NCBI RefSeq assembly: GCF_009914755.1
Contig: NC_060939.1
DNA length: 64,000 nt
Reading direction: 5' to 3' (one strand)
Source: the human T2T-CHM13v2.0 reference genome, Homo sapiens
The translations under genes and the position numbers were made by a program. The notes under the pieces were generated by a model, which saw only the letters and a program-made list of their open reading frames with translations, searched no databases and was not told where the DNA came from. Numbering within the stretch: position 1 is the stretch's first letter; each line of letters begins with the position of its first letter. Below, piece by piece: positions 15,020 through 30,629 of the stretch.

Positions 15020-16682
15020 TGATTATGTAGCATTAGCTTACGTATTAATTAATGTAGGCAAGAAGGTCTGTTTCTGTCTGAATACATCTGCTTCTGTTGG
15101 CAAGGCCATACTTTGGGGAGCTTCCTGTGCCAGTGGTCACACTGGCTCTAACTATCAGATTCTGCATTAGTGTGTCAAGTGAAGTCCATAGTGTGTGGTT
15201 CATCTAGGATTGTTAATGGCCTGGACGTTGAACACCTGGGTTCCTCTGTGACACCTATGCATTTACTACCCCAAGAGGACACTGGAGGGATACTGCTCCT
15301 CAAGGTAGTCTACACAGCCATACAATCTTGACTCCAGAGATCCAGGCCCATAGAGACTGGCTACAGGACATCTGAGACACCTCCCTTCCATTCACAGCCA
15401 AGGTAGTCAAGGTGAAACAGCACTGGCCTGGCAGATACTCTGTTAAGGCCTTCATTTCTAAGCTAGTTTCTCTCTGTTTCTTTTACTTTTCTAGGTATTA
15501 GATCATTTAGCAAGATCTTTTAAGCAAAACTGATATATGAAAATATGAATTACTAGAGATAATCAGAATACGACTATTCATTTTACAAAAGATTTTCAGT
15601 ATAATTCATTAAAATACATTTTAATTGACAAATACTTCATTTGTAAACATTTAGACACCTTCTATGTAAACTCAGGCTGGCACACTGACAGCTGGTACTA
15701 ACTTCCCTCTGAGGAAAGAGGTGGCTGTTAAAAAGAAAAAGCAAATAGTCAGTCCACCCTTAGTCCCAGCTCCACTGCTTTTAAAGGTTCCATGTCAGTG
15801 TGTCAACAGAGTAGGTATGCCATGAGGCATGCAGAATTACTTATCATTATTTTTAATGTGAAAACACAGTGACAGCCAGGGCCAAGCAGGCATTGTCATA
15901 CAGTGCTGACAGAAACATAAATTCAGAATTGCTCTGCAAAGCAATTTGGCAATGTTATCAACCTTAATAATTCGGAACCCAATAATTCTGCTCCTAGAGC
16001 CCTATCTTCAGGAAATCATCACACAGATACCACCAAAGATTTACAAAGTTGTTCATCATTACATTAAGTATAACAGTGAAAAATGCCTAAATATCCAACA
16101 GTGGGAGAATGGCTAAAGTGTGGTGTTTCCATATGGTATTCAGTTTGAGAAAATTTTTAAACATGTGGGAAAGTGCTTATAATATAGGCAGATGTTGAGA
16201 GCAAAAAGAACAAATACAGAATTGTTTATATACAGGAATAATTTTATATATAAAATTGTTCCTAATTTTGTGAAAAATGTAGATATATGTGTGTGTATAT
16301 ATGTATGTTGTGTGTATGTAACTATATCTATTTACATGTATTACTGGAAAAGTATACCAACGGTTAATAGTGGTGTGGCAGGTTTATGGTTTACCTTTAA
16401 AATTTATTATCATTAAAATGTCATTTCAAGAAAAAAAGTGGACTCATAGAGCTACAAGAGCCCTTCGAGAGATCATTTAGCCCAAATTCTTCATTTCACA
16501 GATAAGGAAATTGAGACTTGAGGAAGGAAATGATTTTCCTAAAGTTCCATGGCCAGTGATTTATGATATAAATTGTGCATCTTCAAAATTCTCTTATCCA
16601 TCATCATGACATTTAATGTTTCAGATTTCAGATTCTTCTTTGGCACTTTGGGCCTGCTCTTTAGGTACAAACTCTATTTTAG

Positions 16683-16820
<138 letters not shown>

Positions 16821-17379
16821 TGATACTACTCACATTTCCAAATGGAAAAAAACTTAGAAATATGTTTTTGTTTTTCCATCTGACTTCTTAGCAAACTAAC
16901 AAACCATTCCTCCCATCAAAGCCTGGAGCCCTGGACCTGCTTCCTGCTGCTCCCAACCCCAGCCTCCTGCTGTCACCTCCTCCTGTCCTTAGATCAAGCT
17001 CTACTCAGAAGCATCTTCCTCCCCGTTTTAGGGCATCTAAAAAATCAGCCATCAGAGTCTCTCTTTTTTATTCTTTTGATGTTTCTGATTTAAATGTAAA
17101 TATCTTTGGTAAGGATGGCACCCTAGGACTGCAACACAACTGTGGCACAGAGCATCCCTGTGTTCTCAGGAGTAGGGGCAATGGGGTTGAGGAAGGCGTA
17201 CCAGTTCAACAATTCACGTGTATGTAGGGTCATGGGAATGTCTCACTGGTAAGAGTAGTGTTGAGTAAATTCATCTCACGCCTGGAGTCTTTGTATTGAT
17301 GTGACTGAAATACATTAAGGGCACATGGGCATTTCATGTTTTCTATTTTCTCTTTATTAATATTTTACTGCAGAGGTTA

Positions 17380-17570
17380 GGAAAAAGACTCACAGGCTTT
17401 GTAGTTAGAATCCTGGCCACTTACTAGCTGTGTGGCCTTGGAAAAACTACTTAACCTCTTGGACTCTGTTTTCCTCTCTGTAAAATAACACTACCTACCT
17501 TAACAGTATTGTTTTGGAGATTAAATAATGTACATCAAACACTTGGTAGAGGCTCTTATACATAGTAAAT
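17380..17570 (+). mobile_element. MIR
   Basis: ggccacttactagctgtgtggccttggaaaaactacttaacctct...ctgtaaaat core. Confidence 0.75.
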
Positions 17571-18765
17571 GATTACTGTTAGGATTTTTATTGATCAGTG
17601 ATCCTTCACAATGCCCCAATTTGATGATTTCTTCTTAGTAGAAATGAATTTGGGAAGTTTAGAATTATATTGTTAATTATATTCAGCTTCAGTGACAATT
17701 TCTATTCGAAGCCTGTTGGCGCGCGTAACAGTTGGACAGTAGAGTGGCAAGTGTAAGCCCATGCAGGTGACTTTTATCATTTCAGGGTCTTGGGCTACTG
17801 GGGGCCTGTGCAGCAGGCTGGGTTCAGGGTGAGAAGCTGTTTTAAGAGTTATCTTTATCTGTGAAATGTCAAGAAACTTTCTGGAGGAGAGCTGGCTAAC
17901 AGGAGGAGGGGCATGGGGAAGAGAAGTAAAGAAGGCAAGGCCATAGCTTTGCTTAGACCACAGGGCCACTGAAACTGTTCTTTGGTTAGTTTGTTGTAAT
18001 TCTTAAAGTTCAAACAACAAAAAATAGTGGGCCCCACCTGTATTCTTGCACGGCCATATCCCCTTCCCTGTGCACGAGAAAAATGTGTGCATGTGTGGGG
18101 GTGCATGCAAGGTGGGTAGGGCTTTTGGATTGGGGCCATTTTTACCAACTCTGTCATTGGCCTGTGTTCATATATGCCATCTAGGTGGGACAACATTTAT
18201 GGCCAAAGACATGAGGAATGGTGCCTGAGGGGAGGAAGGTGACTCAGAGGGGACCTAGTAAAGTGCCAAAAAGACTTTCCAGCAAGAGGACCCTGCTTTC
18301 AAATCATCTTTTACTGCCTCCAAAGGCCATATACGCTATGATGCACTGGAGACAGGAAGGTGCTATTTTCAAATCTTGCAATGCATAGTAAGATGAATTT
18401 GGTGTAGAAATATACTTTTCTTCCTGTAGGGAATAGGGGGCTAGTTATTTCCAAGAAAAGTGAAACTCATAATTTAAAGCAAGCTGTGCTTTGGCTAGCC
18501 AAACCTAGATACTTAAACTCTGAATATCTGAAAAATACCCAAGAATAGGGCATTAGTTTCCATTTCCTGCACCATAATTAACCTTTGCTTAGTCTCCTTA
18601 GAACAAATCTGCAAAATATTTCCATCATTGATGAGCCTCTACAATGCATACGTTTTGTTAAACAGCAAAGCAGCTTGTGACTAAACCTGGCACATTTAGC
18701 CTTATCAGCAAACCTAAGAACCAGATGTGATTGTATTTTTATAATGAGTTTATTTTTGTCCTTAG

Positions 18766-18864
<99 letters not shown>

Positions 18865-18921
18865 TAGTTATGAAGCCTAAGATTTTTCTAAAATTAATTT
18901 TCTTTTTAAAAAATGGGTCCC

Positions 18922-19506
<585 letters not shown>

Positions 19507-20841
19507 TGAGAAGGTTTACTTGTGGTCTAGGTGTCAATTGTTGAATATATGAAAAACTTCTCTGCTCAGTGTTTTAGACTAGGAGATAGCTATTAGACAT
19601 GTCACCTTTTGTTTTGCAGTTCTTCAGAAGACATTTCTGCAAGTACATTTTATTTCAATCTCACAATAACTATATGGTAGATGTGCCATCCAGTTACACA
19701 GATGAGGAAGTTATCTGTGGTCCAGTGAAGTTAAATGATTTGCCCAAGGTTACACACCCAGCATGTGGCATTGTTGTTTTATTGGACTGTTTCACAATCT
19801 CTGAATACCATGGCTACTAAAAAAGGATTGAGAGCTGTCACCTTCAAAATGTCCATCCAAATTTAAGACTTCAGAATTCCACTACGCTATGCTATACAGA
19901 ACCAGGGAAACTGGTTTAAAAAATGTTCTGGGCCTGTCATTTCATTCCTTTTCCGCTGGCACCTTGCCAAATATTTGGCCTAGAGTAGGTGTTCAGTGAA
20001 TGCTTACTGCGTTTAACTGAAAATGAAATTATCTATGGAGAACTTCACACATAACATAAAGCACATTTTTACAAGATAATTAGCAAAACAAATCAATCTT
20101 CTGAACAAGGAAGAAAATTAATTTTTCTTACTAGAAATAAAACAAATGAACTTATCATTTAAAAACATTAGCTTCATCTTGTTCTTTTCAAGCAGTTATA
20201 AGAATGAGGTTCATCTAGAAACTGTAGGCTTGTACAGTCAATTATATGCATGGTATAATAATCATGATCGTAAGACATACTAGAATTCACACGGTTGAAA
20301 AATATAGTATTTAAGGGGTCAATGCATTAAATCCTTTCAGTTTGAGGTAATTCTTAATTATAAAATTAGCATAGTAGTATCGAAAAAGTTGATGTAGCAT
20401 CCAGAAGTAATGGTTCCTGTCCTTTCCTTGAGGGGCTTAAGAAGGAAGAGAACTAACATTTATTGCTCTTTGCTGGTTGTTTTTCCTTTGCAGACCTCTA
20501 AATACCTGATTCCTCAGTCCTTGGGGTTTATTTCTGTATTTTAGGTCTTTATCTTTGTATCTTTCAATACCAACTATAAGCTGATAACTTCCAGTTTTCC
20601 ACCTTCGGCCCACACCGTTCCCAGACTCCTGTATTTCATTCCAAACTCAGTCTTTTTACTTGCATGCCTCACTAGCACCTCAGATTTAATATATAAAATA
20701 GGACCTGATCCTCCCCACAACCTCTCTTCCATTTTTTCATTATCTGTTTAAATAGTCCAATTGCATCCAGCAACTCAAGCCAGAAACTTGGAGTAATTAT
20801 TTACACTCCTCATCCTCTACATCTAGACCACCACTAAGTCC

Positions 20842-21138
20842 TTTTTTTTTTCTTTTAAAGAGACAGGGTCTTGCTCCATCTCCCAGGCTGGAGTGTGATG
20901 GCACAGTCATAGCTCACCGCAGCCTCGGACTCCTAGGCTCAAGCAATCCTCCTGCCTCTGTCTCCAGAGTAGCTGGGACTACAGACATACACCACCGCAC
21001 ACAGCTAATTTTTAAATTTTTTAAAGAGATGGGATCTTATTTTGTTGCCCAGCTTATTCTCAAATGCCTGCTTCAAGTAATCCTCCTGCCTCAGCCTCCC
21101 AAAGTGGTAGGATTACAGGTGTGAGCCACCACACCCAA
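20842..21138 (-). mobile_element. Alu (AluJ-like)
   Basis: gagacagggtcttgctc...ggctcaagcaatcctcc J-type diagnostics. Confidence 0.92.
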
Positions 21139-22821
21139 CCAGGTCCAGTTAGTTTTACTCCAGTGATTCTCCAACCCATTTTTTTTTTCCAGCTCCGCTG
21201 CCCCTACACTAGTCTGAGCTCTCATTACCTTACTTCATGCCAGGCAAACCACGTTAAAAGTTTTACTTACCTATTTGTCTAAGGATAGGCTATGTGCTCT
21301 GCTGCTGTAACAAATACTCAGAGTAGCTTAACACAATTAAAATTTTAATTCTTTTTTATGCAAAGATCATGTGGGATATTTTCAAGGTCCAGGCCTGGCA
21401 CCAGGTCAACTGAGGGGAGGCTGGTGACTGTGGTCTTCCTGCCTGCCTCAGAATAAACAGCACAATGGACACATAATAATATCTTTTGTAATAGCTCTGG
21501 GAAAAAAACCCCAATTTAAAGATGAGGAGGCTGAGGCTCAGTCCACCTGAAATTATTTGCCTAAGATTACAGTTATTAAATGGCAGAATAGGTTTATGAA
21601 ATCCTGTCTGACTCCAAAGCTCATATTCTTCTCCATTGTGTTATCTCACCCACCCCATGCAAACAATGAACTATGGCACAGAGTCCTACAGCACAAAAGA
21701 CTGTATGTAGTACGAGGTGCTGGAGAACCTTGTGGGTGGAAGGCAGTGACATTCTGAGTTGGACTCTGAGGGCCAAGTGGGGCTTTATTAGGCTGAGCCT
21801 CTCCAGGGAATAACCCAGGGAAACACTGAGGTGTGGGCATATGCAGCAGGTCTGAGGGCAGAGTAAGCCTTGCCTTTTTTTTTGGCCTGGTTCCTCTGCC
21901 TTATTCTCCTGTATCCTTCAGAACAGATGGCCGCATACCCACTTCACTCTTGCCAGCCCTTTCTTTAGAGGATTAGACTGTTCAGTTTGACAGCTGTTCA
22001 GTTTGACACCTATTACCTGTGTCAATTGTGCTTTGCCTGCACAATCAGGCCTCCTCTGCCTGCCATGTGCCTGGTCGGCCTGGTACCAGTCCCTGATGCA
22101 GGAATGCTAAGTGTCATCAGCCAGCAGGCTGGTTAAAGAGACCAGATGTTGGACCTGGTCAAGTCTCAGGAGACAAATGGAAACAGCAGGAAAACCTAGG
22201 CAAAAGCCTAGTCACATGGCCAGGGTCAACAGTCAGGAAGCTTAGGAAGGTCATAGCTTAGAGGAAAATGGGTGTGGTAAGCCTGTAGCAATAAGACAAA
22301 CCCTAATCTGTTGGTGAAGCTAAGCTTGCAGGTGGGCACTTATTACTCCAGCCAAGTGGTTCTGAGAAGGGCAGTGTGGACTACAGAGCAGCTGGCAGCC
22401 GCAGGGGCATTACCTCATTCATGTCAGACGTCAGGCATCCTGGGGCTTATCCATCACTGCCCAGTTGATAAGGCAGCCTGAAGCCCCTCTCTTGATGGTG
22501 AATGCCCAGATCCAGAGCCTAAGGCTAAGGACCAGATCCTGTAAATGTCAGAAGGATGTTTCTCCCAGCCCAGCAGGTGAAGACAGACTGAGTAAAGAAT
22601 TATGGGTCTGATTCCCACAGCTCTTGGCTGAGCTTTAATATCTACCCACTTATAGTGTGTAGGCTAAGGAAAAGTTAGAAGCCATGCCGCAACAAAACAA
22701 TAGATATGACCAGAATACTGAATTACGTTATTTGTTTTGTACTTAGCAAATACTCGCTTATGAAATGGAGTCTCATCTTATGGGAGTATCTGACACATTC
22801 ATCACAGAAAGCACTCTCCAG

Positions 22822-23137
22822 CAAGGCACGGTGGCTCACACCTGTAATCCCAGCACTTTGGGAGCCCGAGGTGGGTGGACTGCTTGAAGTTAGGAGTTTG
22901 AAACCAGCCTGGGCAACATGGTAAAACCCCATCTCTACAAAAAATACAAAAATTAGGCTGGCGTGATGGCATATGCCTGCAGTCCCAGCTACTAGGAAGG
23001 CTGAGGTGGGAGGATCACTTGAACCAGGAGGCAGAGGTTGCAGTGAGCCGAGACTGTGTCACTGCACTCTCCAGCCCAGGTGACAGAGAGAGACCCTGTC
23101 TCTCCCACCACCACAAAAAAACAAAACAAAACAAAAA
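22822..23137 (+). mobile_element. Alu (old, J/S-like)
   Basis: Sense dimer with (AAAAC)n tail. Confidence 0.93.
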
Positions 23138-23359
23138 TAGGCATTTTTCTGTAACTTTAATCAGCATCTTTGCTTGCTAAAATTGCCATTCTTATTTAGA
23201 AACCTTATGCATTCATGATCCCACTAACTTTACTAAAACTTACTTTTACTGAAACATCTAGTAAACTCTCAAGAATCTATGCAACTTAGTAAGGGAAAAA
23301 AAAACCACCTTTGAAAAGTTCTAGATCAGTATAGGCCAATGGAAGAAATATTGAGTAGT

Positions 23360-23722
<363 letters not shown>

Positions 23723-23984
23723 TCAGAAATCAAAAGATCAAGGAAAGAGTAAAAGAAGATTGAATAAAATGAAACCAGGACACATTTTAGACCAAAGAGT
23801 TCCACTGGGGACTTACTCATAACCCAGGTATCTTTTCATATAAAATGCTAACCATAGGATTAAAGCTGCAAGTGTAATCTGAAAGGCATTATAGGCTGCT
23901 TAGATCCACTTATTAGCATTTCCTATCAATTGAAGCATTTTCTCTGCTAAAATATCAATGAAAATGAAAAAAAGCCAAAGCCAG

Positions 23985-24205
23985 TAGAGTTCATATAGTT
24001 AGGAACATAAGCTCTGGAGGTGAACTGGTTCAGATTCTAGCCTGTTGCTGATGAGCACAATGACCTTGGCTACTTTACCTCTCTGATCCTCAGTTTCCTC
24101 TTCTGTAAAGTGAGGATAATAACAGTAGCTTTCTCATGGAATTGCTGTTAGGGTTGGATGAGGTAATATATGTAAAGGGCTTAAAACAGTGTCTGGCACA
24201 TAACA
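23985..24205 (+). mobile_element. MIR
   Basis: gaccttggctactttacctctctgatcctcagtttcctcttctgtaaagtgaggataataacag...cagtgtctggcacata. Confidence 0.8.
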
Positions 24206-24570
24206 GCTATGTAACCCTTTGTTGCTACTATTACTGGTAGAAGATTCCCAGTAAGAATTTGGAGATATGCCTTATGTTGTTCCGAAGATTAACCTGAAGA
24301 CAAACTAATTAAATTAAGTGTATTGTATATAATTACCAAGAAAACAAAGAAACTGGGTGAAAGCTTTGGGACAGACTCACCATGGGCTTGGTAAGGAGCC
24401 TGCCATCCCACAGCCAGCGAAGGAGGTTCAGTTACTTCAGTCAGGTGCTGCCCTCAGACTCTCTAACTCCCTGGCTATGTAGGTGCTATGTCATGTCTTT
24501 TTCTCACAAAGAGATATGGAAACTTACGTGTGAATAATTTGGTTGTGAAGAGTTTACTGAAGTAAATTTC

Positions 24571-24748
<178 letters not shown>

Positions 24749-26223
24749 TAAGAAAAATCTGAAAGTAACAGTTTAGGAAGAACACGGATAGTTGGGATAC
24801 TAATGCAAATCTTGTTTTCTTCATTTGCTTCTGGTGTGATTCATTGCTAAACATCTTTATTTAGTATTAAATTATACTGATTTAACATCTTTTATGTACT
24901 TATCCTTTCATGGAGACACTCACAGTAAAAAGGTCAAAAGGTCAAGAGAATCTAAAAACAAAGGGCCCAGATTTTCTAGAGTCGAGCACCAGATCATGAA
25001 TGGGTATTTCAGTTTTGTACTTGTGTCTACAGAATAGCCCCAAGTGCTTGACACTGTCTAAGCATGTCACAAACATCACCTCACTGAACCCTCATAACAA
25101 CCTATGAGGTGGGTTCCACACCTCACCCGAGGCCATACGGCTGGTTTGTGGTGGAGCTGTGATTTGACTCTGGATGTCTAGTTCCAAAGTCAGTGTTCTG
25201 AACCAATGAACTATGTTGCTCAGAAAACTCTAAGAAAAGATAACACAGTTCTAGATTAGCTATTTATACTGTATTAGCAAAAGACCCTGGCTATCATCCC
25301 AATGGTCACCTAAGTTTTCTGCCTATAACATTCACATGGACATATAACACTCTTTCAGTTCCTCCTTGTGGAACCACGATTAACTTTTTTAGTTATCCTT
25401 TACAGATTGTCTCTATACATGTAAGAAAACAGCTCTTAAAATTTAACCTTTGTTCACCTTATTGTCTCATTTGCCATTCCAATCATCCATTCTTAAAAAA
25501 AAATCAGAGTATATCTCTTAATTATTTCTGTAAGGTGAAAATGATTTAGAATGAAGTGGAAGAAAAATTATTAGGGACTCAACCTCACATTGCTAAATTC
25601 TGGAGAAATTTCTAGGATCAACAACTCATATCTGTAATCCTGGGCCTCCTGTTAATTCAGCAGCATTGAGTTCACTGAGCCACCTGACCCCAGCACAGGC
25701 TCAGGCTGAGCTCTTCAGGTCCTGCCATGAGAGGCCTTGTGCTGCTGGGAACATCACCCAGGAGAAAACCTGCAGCCCTTTATTAGCTATGTGCTTGGGA
25801 AGAGAAACCTCCTCAGGTGAGACTGTTTTTCTGAACTTCAGAACCCTGAACACTTAACATCCTATGCCTTAGGAGAAAGCTATGGTCAGGTGCTCACTCA
25901 GCTGGAAGTGTGGCCACCATAAGTACATCCATTAGGACTATGAGCAGTACTGGGAGCTGCACACAACTGGCCTTAGAGTTCTTCTCTCACATACAAATGC
26001 CTCTTTTGATTATGAATGTTAAAATTTTTGTGCCTTGTTTAATAATTCTGAATAAAGAGGCCTACTAAAATACATACAAAACTAGAGAAATGCTTTGTAG
26101 ACCCTTTTTGTATTTTGACAGTCACAAGTCCATTGTTGTTGAACGTTTATTGAGCTCTAACAATGTGACAGGTGCCACACAAAACATTAGACACAGTACC
26201 TGCCCAGTGGGCTTACAATCTAA

Positions 26224-26538
<315 letters not shown>

Positions 26539-28486
26539 TGATTCACTTAATGTTGCCATGAGTTTGCTGTTCATGAAAGTGAGGTATTAACTGCACTGGT
26601 TAGTGCAGGAAAAGAGCCTACGGAATCACTGACTTTTTACACAGGCTCCCCTATGCAAGTAGGCACAACTGCTCATATTTATTCTCTCAAAGTATGGTTG
26701 GCATTTCCCCAAATTTGGTGATTTTGTGATGTGTACAAGTATCTATAAAGACAGAACCACCAAACCCAGATTTCTGAGAACCAGGGATCAAATGTGGCTT
26801 CCAGTCCAAAGAAAATGCTTGGTTATATATTCAGAAAAACACTATTATTCAAAACAGGCCCTAAGGAAAAACAGTATGGGAGCCATGCTCCTGCTCAGAG
26901 TTCCTAGAATGTCCAGAAAGCACCTCCTCAGGGCAGCCCTGAAAGTGCCCTTTACTCTCAAGGCATTTTGTCCTCAGAGCCCAGAGATGCATATACATTT
27001 GCTGGGTTCTGCCTGGGCATCTACCCAGGGGAGTTGTATCTGAGGGCCGAGTCCTCTCAGTGCCTCATGGATCACAATGTAGACAATCCACGTGCTGGTC
27101 CTTGGCAATACATCATGCTAATTTAATTTATATCTCCAGAGTAGCAAAAATGTACCACAGGTCTCCAGAATATATCAGGAATTTGTAAAAATGCAGCCCA
27201 TTAAAATATCTGCCACTGATAAAAAATTCATAAAGATGCTGCTTAAAAAAACTTGTCCTTTTCTTGTCATGGTGAAGTCAAGTAAGTAACACCTTTATCT
27301 GTGAAATCACTCAGCAGAATAAATTGGTTTCATATGGAAGAAATGTAAAATAACTTATATGTATTTAAAGCAAATTATCTAGTTCTTCATTCTTGTTACT
27401 TCTATGCCTTCTCTATAGTGCAGTCTTTTGTCTCTTTGATCCTGATGAACTGATAATTTACTACTTATTACATTTAGATTCCCAATCCTTTATTCATGTG
27501 TATCTTGAATTTCAGCAAGATATGAAAATGCAGACTCCAGGGGTACATTTTGTAATGATACAAGCCTTCTGAGGAAATTTTCTGACAGGAGCTTTTAATC
27601 CTGCTGTGGTCTGTTTTACCCTTTCCAATACGGTTTTCCTCTGTGCTTGCGAAAAATATCAAAAAAGACCAATTGGCACATTCTGAATGTGTTTTCTGAA
27701 TAAGTATATAAGTAGAGAGGGAGGCCATTTTGCAAATGCGGATAATGCTGACATGTCGTACTTCTAAATAAATTATAATTTGATTTAAAAAGGTTGCCTG
27801 CATGTACATTTGCCATTTTACAAAGAGCAACCGTACTCCTACCTCCACCCAAGTTGGTAACAACCTTATCTTACAAACAACCCTTAATATTTTAAAAGCT
27901 GCAGAAAAAACAAATACATGAATAAATGAATAAACAAAAAACACATAGGGAAAGGGTATGAGCTCTTGCTGCAAGGAGTAGATGAAAGACTGATAAATGA
28001 AGCTGAGGTCCCCCCAGTGCTTCCCTTTCAATAGTTTATGCTAAAAATATTTGTTTTTTAAAACTCTGCGCTTTCTTCATTTTTATTGGAACACAATTTG
28101 TGAACCACAACTGAGTCTGTATGTAGGATCTCCAGAACGCAAATCAGAAAAAAATTTGAGATTTTATTCAGATTTTTCTATTAGATTGAGCCACTAATGT
28201 TCGGTAAGGGGCACTTGATGGTTAAAAAACACAACTGGCATGATAAAACTACACTAAATAATATCTACTTTATTTGAACAGTCATATCAAGAATGGCCCT
28301 AAATTTAATCAAGGACTAAATTTAATGAAAGACTCTGACATTAAAGACTCTGGATTGTTTGAAGGTATTTTGCCTGCAGGTGAGACTGGTTTTGAGGGCA
28401 CAGAAACGTAGCCTGAATGAACCATTCAGAACTCATCATGCATCCAACTGAACACGTTTCATGCTTACTCAATTTTTTTTTTTTAA

Positions 28487-28687
<201 letters not shown>

Positions 28688-29350
28688 AAATATTACTTCA
28701 TGTTCCTCCTTTCTAAATTACTAACTTTTGTTATACTGGTACTGATATTTTGTCCCATTTCACTCTCTTCTCATACGTGAGTACTTAAGAATATGTACAT
28801 TCTTGCTCTGCACTGTATGTGTGAGCTATATGGTATTGTGTAAATTTTTTTTGAAGGAAAATGGAAATTCTTGAGAAACAGTTTGTTTAAAGAAATATAT
28901 TCAAAATCATTTGTGAATAAACTTGATCATCCATCTCAATATTGTTTGACATATAAAATAATTATAAGTGTAAAAAATTACAATTTAGTGCCAACAGTAG
29001 TGAGCATGAAATGAAACTATTCAAAAGAGAATATGGCCTGTGCATATTAAAAAATTCAAAACAGTGAATGCAGACTGGAGGAGTAACTTTTGCAAATAAG
29101 ATGAATATGCTTCATTATTAAACTCAATATAAAAGGCAAATCATCAGAATATTTTTAAATGTTGTTTGAAAAATGTTTTCCCAAGGAAAGTTTATTATTT
29201 GCTGCTGTTTCAAGAAAATTACTTTTACTAAATTTTTTTGTGTGAATTTAAACAGCTAAATAGGGATCAGTAACTTTATCTCTATCCTTAATGAACATTT
29301 GTTTTATTGGTGGCTGGAAATATTTCTATTGTATTTCTGTGTATATTTTT

Positions 29351-29394
29351 AATAAAATTATTTTTGGCCTCTTATAAAGACAAATCTTATTAAA
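29351..29394 (+). terminator. TM6SF1: Likely TM6SF1 poly(A) signals (AATAAA 29351-29356; ATTAAA 29389-29394); a proximal AATAAA lies at 28916-28921
   Basis: Hexamers in an AU-rich 3' UTR preceded by TGTA and U-rich elements. The cleavage site itself cannot be read from DNA. Confidence 0.65.
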
Positions 29395-30206
29395 TTTGAA
29401 ACATTTCATATATACACATAAAACGCTTTTAAAGAAAATTTGTGAGTTGTATATTCCAATTCAAAATGCCATCTACATTCCCCTTATGTTTCAGTGTGAG
29501 CAATGAAGAGGTCTTTTGATGAATTAAATTTCATTAATTAAAAAATACATTCAAATATTCAAAATTAAAAAGGACCTTTTAAGGAAGAAGTATTAGATCG
29601 ACATCCCTACTATCTTTTTATGAACTTTTCATGTTTGGGATTGTATGTTGAGTATACTAGAGAAAATCAGTATTCACTAAATGAAAGAAACACACCAAAA
29701 ATACAAACAGCCACCTCCTCACTGTGCCCTGGAATGATAAATGGACTGGTGCTTTCATACCCTTAGCTGCCATCATCACCATCATCATTATTAACGGCCC
29801 TAGGCTTTTAGGTCTGCTCACATTTTCTCATGTTTTTATTAGCTCTCATCAAGAAAACCAAAAGAAAATGGGATACAAATCAATGCATGGATAATATCAA
29901 ATTACAAAATCTAGGGTCCACTGGGCTGGTAAATATGTAAGTGTAAGCAAATCATGTAGTCATCTCCCCATCATCCCCTACAGTGTTTTCAAATAATCTA
30001 AAACCCAGAGAGTGTTTAAAAAAAAAAAAAGAAAGAAAAAGAAAAACCCTCACCTGCACTTGATTCTATTGTCAGCTTGCTGTGAACAATTTTTGCTTTA
30101 ATATATGAATTACATTAATACCTCACGTTACATATATGAAGCCAAATTACACTAACTTAGTTTGCTTACAACCTCAAATCTTACTCCCAGTACACATTCC
30201 AATAAA

Positions 30207-30629
30207 TTTATTCTGTAAAAACAATACATTTTTTTGTTTTTGATTTTTTTACAGTAAACTTTTCAACTACAAACCGTGAATACGCGAAAGATGTTCCAAG
30301 GACAAGCATTAACAGGATTGATAAAACCCAAACTGACTAAATGTGTTCTCACAATATAAGCTGGCATAAAAATAAATAAAATTCTCTATTATCACAATAG
30401 CAACAATAATGTACACATAATAATGGTTTAAGGATGAATATTAACTATTCTAATTGTAGTTCCAAAAGAAAACAGTTTATTTTAAAAGTCTACATTTAAA
30501 AGTCAATGCTTTGTCTGGTTTCCCATAGGGCTGTTGCTGATTCCAGCTTTAAAATGTAAAGTATCCACCTTGAGTGCTTAGCTCAAAATTGTATTGGCAC
30601 TGGGAAAAAAATAAATCATTGCCTTTATT
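30207..30629 (-). terminator. HDGFL3: Candidate HDGFL3 proximal poly(A) signals (minus-strand AATAAA at 30624-30629, 30476-30481, 30207-30212)
   Basis: TTTATT on the + strand 0.65-1.1 kb past the stop codon; usage not determinable from sequence. Confidence 0.5.

Noticed and set aside
25086-25116. Hairpin gaaccctcata...tatgaggtgggttc as a possible small RNA
   Set aside because: Short stem within a MIR-like relic; too short for a pre-miRNA.
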